Shown here in pieces: positions 52,758-58,805 of a DNA stretch of 58,805 bases. Below the pieces are notes generated by a model. The model was not told the DNA's origin. It ran no database searches and saw only the letters and a list, made by a program, of their open reading frames with translations. Position 1 is the stretch's first letter. Each line of letters begins with the position of its first letter. Both the position numbers and the translations under genes were made by a program. Source of the DNA: Octopus bimaculoides (taxonomy: Eukaryota); the NCBI RefSeq assembly GCF_001194135.2, contig NC_068981.1, forward strand, positions 56,404,748-56,463,552. Reading direction: 5' to 3'.

Positions 52758-53177
52758 GCAAATATACTTCACGATTCCGTACTGCTACTGTTTACTTCCC
52801 GTTCAGAGAGTTAATATTGCTTGTTTCTCCTTTTTCGAGATCAGTGGCAATTTATTACTGGGAAAAGCATATAGTATTTTGCGTTTGGAATGAGTTCTCA
52901 TCGCTAGCTGGTGATTATCACACACTGATGACGTGTGACTGCCCAGAAACCCAGGTCTTTGGATATCGCGTAAAGCTACAGATAGGAACGATGATTTCCC
53001 TTCGCAAATACTAATCAGACATAGACAGTGTGTCGTTAGCCAGCTAGAGGAGATGTTTCCTGGGGCTATAAACAACAGTAGCATCGTCCCCTATAGGACC
53101 GCCACATTTAGGTGGCAAATACACTTCCCGATTCCGTGCTGCTATTGTTTACTTCCCGCTCAGAGATTTAATATTGC
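52758..53177 (+). repeat. 63-bp direct repeat pair (52758-52820, 53115-53177)
   Basis: gcaaata(t/c)acttc(a/c)cgattccgt(a/g)ctgcta(c/t)tgtttacttcccg(t/c)tcagaga(g/t)ttaatattgc; ~89% identical. Confidence 0.9.
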
Positions 53178-53178
53178 G

Positions 53179-53256
<78 letters not shown>

Positions 53257-53419
53257 TTATGAAGGGTAATGGGGTCAACCAGACTTCTCCTGGAACAGCC
53301 TTACATTTTTACTCTACATACCTAAACTCTTTTCGGATTCAGCACAACCCCCTCCTCTCAATGACTGTTACTACACCTTACTTAAAAAGTAACTATCTAA
53401 CCTATCCTATTACTACACA

Positions 53420-53800
53420 TTTATTTATTATTTTTATTCATTTTTTAATAACTTTTATTGTTTATTTATCACTTTTTTATCATTTATTCTTTTATTTCTT
53501 ATCCGGTTCTTTTTTATTACTTTATAATTCGCTTTTTATTCGTTATTTCTGTTACTGTTGAACTTGTTTATTTTGATCCTTTTATTTTATCTTTTTATTT
53601 TACTTTTTATCTATTTTATTATTTTATTTTTATATCATTTTTATTTATTTTATCTTTCTATTTTTATTTTATTATTTCAGTTTTTTTTTTATTTACCTCT
53701 GTCACTAATTTGTTCATACAATCATTTCCCTTCATGGTTTTATTTTACCAATTCCTACATATTATTTGTACTATTTCTACTACTTATAAACATAGGGATT
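53420..53800. repeat. T-rich (TTTA/TTAT) low-complexity tract
   Basis: Base composition directly visible. Confidence 0.85.
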
Positions 53801-53829
53801 ATTTTTTATCGCCTATTCCACCCACCATA

Positions 53830-54865
53830 CACCACATACAACCACTCCTCTCCTTCTCACGCACGCACACGCACACACGCACACATGCACGCACTCACAC
53901 GCACGCACACAAAACCCTCCACACACACGCACCCATACACGCACACACACGAATGCACACGTACCTCCACACACACAACCATCCACGCACAACACACACA
54001 CAAAACGCATACAAATACACACATATACACACATATACATCAAATACATATACTTCCATACACACACATGCGTAACAGTGATACACAGAGATAAGTACAC
54101 ACATACACATATTTATACAGAAAGAAGGCGCAACACAATGACACACAGATATAGACACACACACACACACACATACACATCCATAAATGTGCACACACAC
54201 ACGCACGCACATGCACATTCCCATTCCATCCATGCACATATGCCAACACATACACACACACACGCAATCACCCTTACCCATTCACATAACCACACTCATC
54301 CATTCATACACACACGTACATACGTGCACACATATACGTATACACACGCACACACACACAATGACGCACATATAGCTCCACACACACAACCCCACGCACA
54401 TACACACACGTACACACATGTACACACAGACATGCATGTGCGCACACATGGGACTCACATATACCTCCACACACACAACTCACACATACATGCACTCACA
54501 TACATACACTTCCACACTCACTCAGATGCACATCCACACATACATCCCCATACACAATCACAAACACATACATATACATATACAGATAAACACAGAGAGT
54601 GTGAGACACACACACGCACCCATACACATGTTCATTCACACATACACACACTCTGTCTATGTACACATGCCAACACCCCTTCAGACTGCCGCTCAAGCAC
54701 TCTACCACTCACACAAACACATGTAAAAAATGAATACCACACCACATACACACGCACACACACACACCCACACACACGTCACGGTATCACATGCACCCGC
54801 CACCACCACCACACGCACACACGTCACCAAGCACACACGCCACCACGCACACACACAGGTACCAA
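53830..54865. repeat. ~1-kb cryptic (CA)-rich simple repeat
   Basis: Degenerate CA/CACG/CATA units; the His-Thr ORFs are a by-product. Confidence 0.9.
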
Positions 54866-55007
54866 CCATTCTTTATATTCTCCTGTTCCAGAAAGCACTT
54901 TCTCTTTGTCCATCTACTTCCGGTCATTTCAAAAATGTAATTACAAGTGGACTGTTGGCGATTTTTGTCCTCCTATGTTCTTTTCTTTTGGACTTTCCTA
55001 TGTCTCC

Positions 55008-55043
55008 TGTTTCCGAAAAAGAGCTATGCTCCAAACGTAAAGC
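55008..55043 (+). other. Decayed hammerhead-like motif related to 17736-17772
   Basis: ttt-CCGAAAA-A-GAGC-UAU-GCUC-CAA-ACGU-A-AAG; stems II and III kept, core mutated. Confidence 0.3.
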
Positions 55044-55192
55044 AGCCACTCTTTCTTTTCTTCTCTAGGCGTCTCGTTAATGCTTTGCATGCACTACGCT
55101 CTCGCGTTGCTGATTTTTGTCTTGCCTTTTTTCCCGTTTTTTCTTTCAATTAATTACATAGGCGCAGCCAAATGACTGAAACAAATAAAAGA

Positions 55193-55267
<75 letters not shown>

Positions 55268-55455
55268 AATTCATCTATCTATCTATCTATATTGTAAAGA
55301 TATACAAAAACAAGGTGCACACATGTTTTCTTTGCCTTTGCTCTACTTTTACTTATTTCAGTTTTTCAACTGTGGCCATGCTGTTGCACGGCCTTGAATT
55401 TTAGTCGGCTGAACCCAACCCAGTACTTCTTTTCTTCTTTTTTTCATTCTAAAAC

Positions 55456-55657
55456 TGAATGTGATTGGAATAGAATGCTCGATAGAGCTCCTACAGAAAT
55501 TTTGTCTCTTAGGGAAGCAAGGATTATCAGGAGGGCTCTGAGCACTTGAAAGACTGCTGACAACTTGTGGATACATGTTACAAGTAGTAACCCGCTACCC
55601 GCATAAATACTACCAGGAATAATACCAAAACTGAGCCAAACCAAAATAATAATAATG

Positions 55658-55692
<35 letters not shown>

Positions 55693-55712
55693 TATTATTA
55701 TAATAATAATAA
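55456..55712 (+). mobile_element. R4/Dong-type 3' end + (TAA)n tail
   Basis: IGIECSIELLQKFCL.G.ARIIRRAL, then 3'UTR and (TAA)n. Confidence 0.8.
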
Positions 55713-55713
55713 T

Positions 55714-56425
55714 CAAAAGAAGAAAGCGTTACTAATATAGTAAGTGAATGTAGCATGATGGCAGAGAAAGGATACAAGAAAAGATATGAAATCTACGGAG
55801 AGTACTGGGAGCTGTGTAGAAAGCTAGGATTTGAACATACTGATAAATGGTATGAACATGAACCTAGTAAAGTACTATAAAGTAAGGAATACAGAATGTT
55901 GTGGAACTTTAGCATTCAGTGCCATAGAAGCTAGAAGACCTGATTTGGTAGTAGAAGATAAATAGCATAAGAAGTGCCAGTTAACTGACTTTACAGTCCC
56001 AAATAATAAAAAAATATAATATGGGAGGTATAGAAAAATAGCAAAGTACCAGGACCTAGCCATCGAATTACAGAGGCTATGGAAAGTGCGGATAAAATGT
56101 ATCACAGTAGTTATAGGTGCATTAAGAACTATCCCTAAAGATTTCAACAGATGCATAGAGAAAATAAGCATAAAACCCACTTTAGTACAGCTCCAGAAAA
56201 CAGTGTTATTAAGGACAGCTAAGCTACTTAGGAAGGTTCTCGGCATCTAAGGTTGCTTGCAGGATACTTAGGAGGGTGCTTGGCATCAGAAGCTACTTGT
56301 TGTGGCTTGATGTTAGGGTTCTTTTCTTTTTCAACACTCTAATCTGTTGAGTGTATATGAAAATAATGATGATGATTATAATAATAATAATAATAACAAC
56401 AACAACAACAATAATAATAATAATA
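55714..56425 (+). mobile_element. R4/Dong-type RLE + 3'UTR + (TAA/AAC)n tail
   Basis: IVSECSMMA, WYEHEPSKV, LWNFSIQ..RRPDLVV, QKTVLLRTAKLLRKVL; same subfamily as 12740-15580. Confidence 0.88.
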
Positions 56426-56659
56426 GACCACGCGAATAGGAGGAACGCAGCTAATAGCAAACAGCGTGGATGTATGACAGCAGGAAGACAGATAAAATCT
56501 GAAACCAATACGAAGCAGGAATTAAGAACAATGAAAGAAAACCCATGATTTAATGTAAGCCCTCAGGAAACCGAAAGATTTTTCTTATATGTAGTATATA
56601 TATATATATATACATATTTACATATACATACCCCCCCACATATATATATATATATATAT

Positions 56660-56745
<86 letters not shown>

Positions 56746-56869
56746 CTTAACTTAGATCCTTAGATGCGCCGCCACAACAAAACGTACGTGAAAATGTAAA
56801 CACATGGACTGCAATACTTGTATACGAAGACTGCAAAAGAAATATATTCCTTAATACAGTGTAAGACAC

Positions 56870-57911
56870 TTTAGCAAAGGTATAAGTATGTAATTTGACA
56901 TAGATAAGTGTGCAATATTAGTCATGAAAAGGGGACAGGTTGTCAACTGCGAAGGCATTCAATTACCAGTAGGCCAGACATTAAAATCATTGAAAGGAGG
57001 AGAGTGTTATAAGTATCTTGCTGTATTAGAATCTGTCAGAGTACTAACTATAGAAGTGAAAATAAAAATTGAGAAGGAGTACATCAGAAGGGTGAGAAAA
57101 CTAATGAAGTCAAAGCTAAATTGTCCGAATCCACTGAAGGCTGTAAATACTTGGGCAGTATCATTACTTAGTTACTCAGTAGTTTCGTAGATTGGACAAA
57201 ATCTCAATTCGGAAAGCTAACAGAAGAATTAGGAACTCCACCCAAGATCAGGAGTAGCAATATTATACTTAACTAGAAAAGAAGGCGGAAGAGGGTTAAT
57301 ATCTGTAGAAGACCGAATGGATTTAGCTAGAGTAGATGTAGACTCCTATGTAGGTAATAGTGAATAGAGTTTATTAAGAGCTGCTAGAGTCACAGCAAGA
57401 CATAGGGAAACCAAAATGCCAAACGAAGTTAAGAACCTGAAAAAAGAACAAAAGTTATCTGACTGGCAGGAGAAGACTTGCATGGTAGATTCCCAAAGAG
57501 ACTTGCAGCAAATAACAGTAGTAGTGAGGCATGGTTATGGTTTCAGAAAAGAAGGCTGAAAAGGACGACAGAAAGTTTGGTAGTAGCAGCACAAAGTCAA
57601 GCATTAAAGACTAATTGGATAAATACCAAGATAAACAAAACCAAGTAGATTCCCAATGTAGGTTATGTAAATCAAAAGAGGAAAGTTTTACTCATATAGT
57701 AAATGAATGTAGCATACCAGCACAGAGAGAGAGGATAAGAAAAAAGAAGCTAGAAGGCCTGATTTAGTAGTAGATAAAGGGAATAGAAAGTGCCAGATAA
57801 CTGACTTTATAGTCCCAAATGATGAAAAAATCAATATGAGAGATATAGAAAAAACAGCAAAGTATCAGTAGCTGCCATTGAATTACAGAGACTGTAATAA
57901 TAATAATAATA
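56870..57911 (+). mobile_element. R4/Dong-type RT-RLE fragment with internal deletion, ending in (TAA)n
   Basis: YKYLAVLES, KAVNTWAVSLLSYS, RKEGGRGLISVED, RRPDLVV. Confidence 0.88.
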
Positions 57912-57915
57912 ATGA

Positions 57916-57993
57916 GAAGAAGAAGAAGAAGAAGAAGAAGAAGAAGAAGAAGAAGAAGAAGAAGAAGAAGAAGAAGAAGAAGAAGAAGAAGAA
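57916..57993. repeat. Pure (GAA)n tract, ~26 units
   Basis: Directly visible. Confidence 0.97.
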
Positions 57994-58625
57994 TGTGTGG
58001 TGAGAGCGATGAAACGGTATGGCACATCGTTAGCGAATTCCCTAAATTGGCGCAACGCGATTACAAACGACGCTATGACAATATGGCAAGAATGTGGAAA
58101 TCACGGCCTACAAAGAGCAAAAACTTGGTATGTGTAAACCCCAGAAGGAGACATCGAAAATGAGAACTGCAAAATCCTGTGGAATGTAATGATCCAGTGC
58201 GATCACCTGACCAGACATAGGAAACTGGAAATTGTTGTGAATAATAAAGAAAGAACATGCATGATTATCGACATATCATGCCTCGGTCACAACAGGATGA
58301 ATGTGAAAGAAGAAGAAAAAAAAAAGCAACTATGACGAGTTAAAGTGGGAAATATGAAGGTTTTCGTCAATGAAGAGAGTAGACGTGATACCAATAGCAA
58401 TTGGTGCACTTGGAAGTATCAGCACTCAACTACCCACACGGATGAAAAAGATCGGTACAAGTGTGAATATAGAACACCTACAAAAATCAGCATTGCTTGG
58501 AACTGCAAAAATTCTTCGCAGGGTTCTTGAAGCATGACCAGTAAACAAGTGTCACTTTAGTCTGCTGGCTGTGGACAGCTGCCAGTTTCCATCATACCCA
58601 GCAAAATAAATTGCGAGATTTCATA
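57991..58625 (+). mobile_element. R4/Dong-type element, 5'-truncated; sister of 12045-12718
   Basis: MCGESDETVWHIVSE; shared 3'UTR 'gttcttgaagcatgaccagtaaaca(a/g)gtgtcac'. Confidence 0.9.
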
Positions 58626-58629
58626 TAAT

Positions 58630-58805
58630 ATTATTATTATTTAGTAGTTTTATTTTTATAGCGTGCGTTCACTTCACTACCGAGCGCAGCTCTGTGTGCC
58701 TTGGGTATGTGCTGTGGTTTGCTGTGATGCTCTTATGGTTACTGTATTGAAAGTGTTTTGCGTAGGATGTGTGCAGTGCCCAGTAGTGCAATTTTCTGTA
58801 TGTTA
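58630..58805 (-). mobile_element. R4/Dong-type 3' end, tail-to-tail with the previous copy (runs off the window)
   Basis: Minus strand NIQKIALLGTAHILRKTLSIQ*, then 3'UTR and TAA tail. Confidence 0.85.

Noticed and set aside
54078-55040. 320-aa His/Thr-rich ORF
   Set aside because: Translation of a degenerate (CA)n tract; no domain or codon structure.

Overview
AT-rich, repeat-saturated animal genomic DNA with 8 N-gaps. The SINE/LINE repertoire looks octopus-like (inference from recalled repeat families). There is no intact protein-coding gene, rRNA, tRNA or CRISPR, and nearly all listed ORFs are microsatellite or gap artefacts or transposon debris. Content: about 14 decayed R4/Dong-type RLE retrotransposon fragments, mostly abutting (TAA)n tracts; one ~3.6 kb R2-type element; RTE, CR1/L2 and Penelope-like (PLE) fragments; two mariner elements; a hAT MITE and a hAT transposase remnant; and many tRNA-derived SINEs, several with clear TSDs. 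Three observations stand out. (1) The R2-type element lies outside rDNA, yet its 3' junction is followed by the 28S target sequence TAGCCAAATGCC(C)CGT. (2) Several minimal hammerhead-ribozyme-like motifs occur, one with a compensatory G3:C8 core. (3) A mariner derivative is built from two convergent 5' ends. A few short candidate exons on the minus strand (41-47.5 kb) hint weakly at a host gene.
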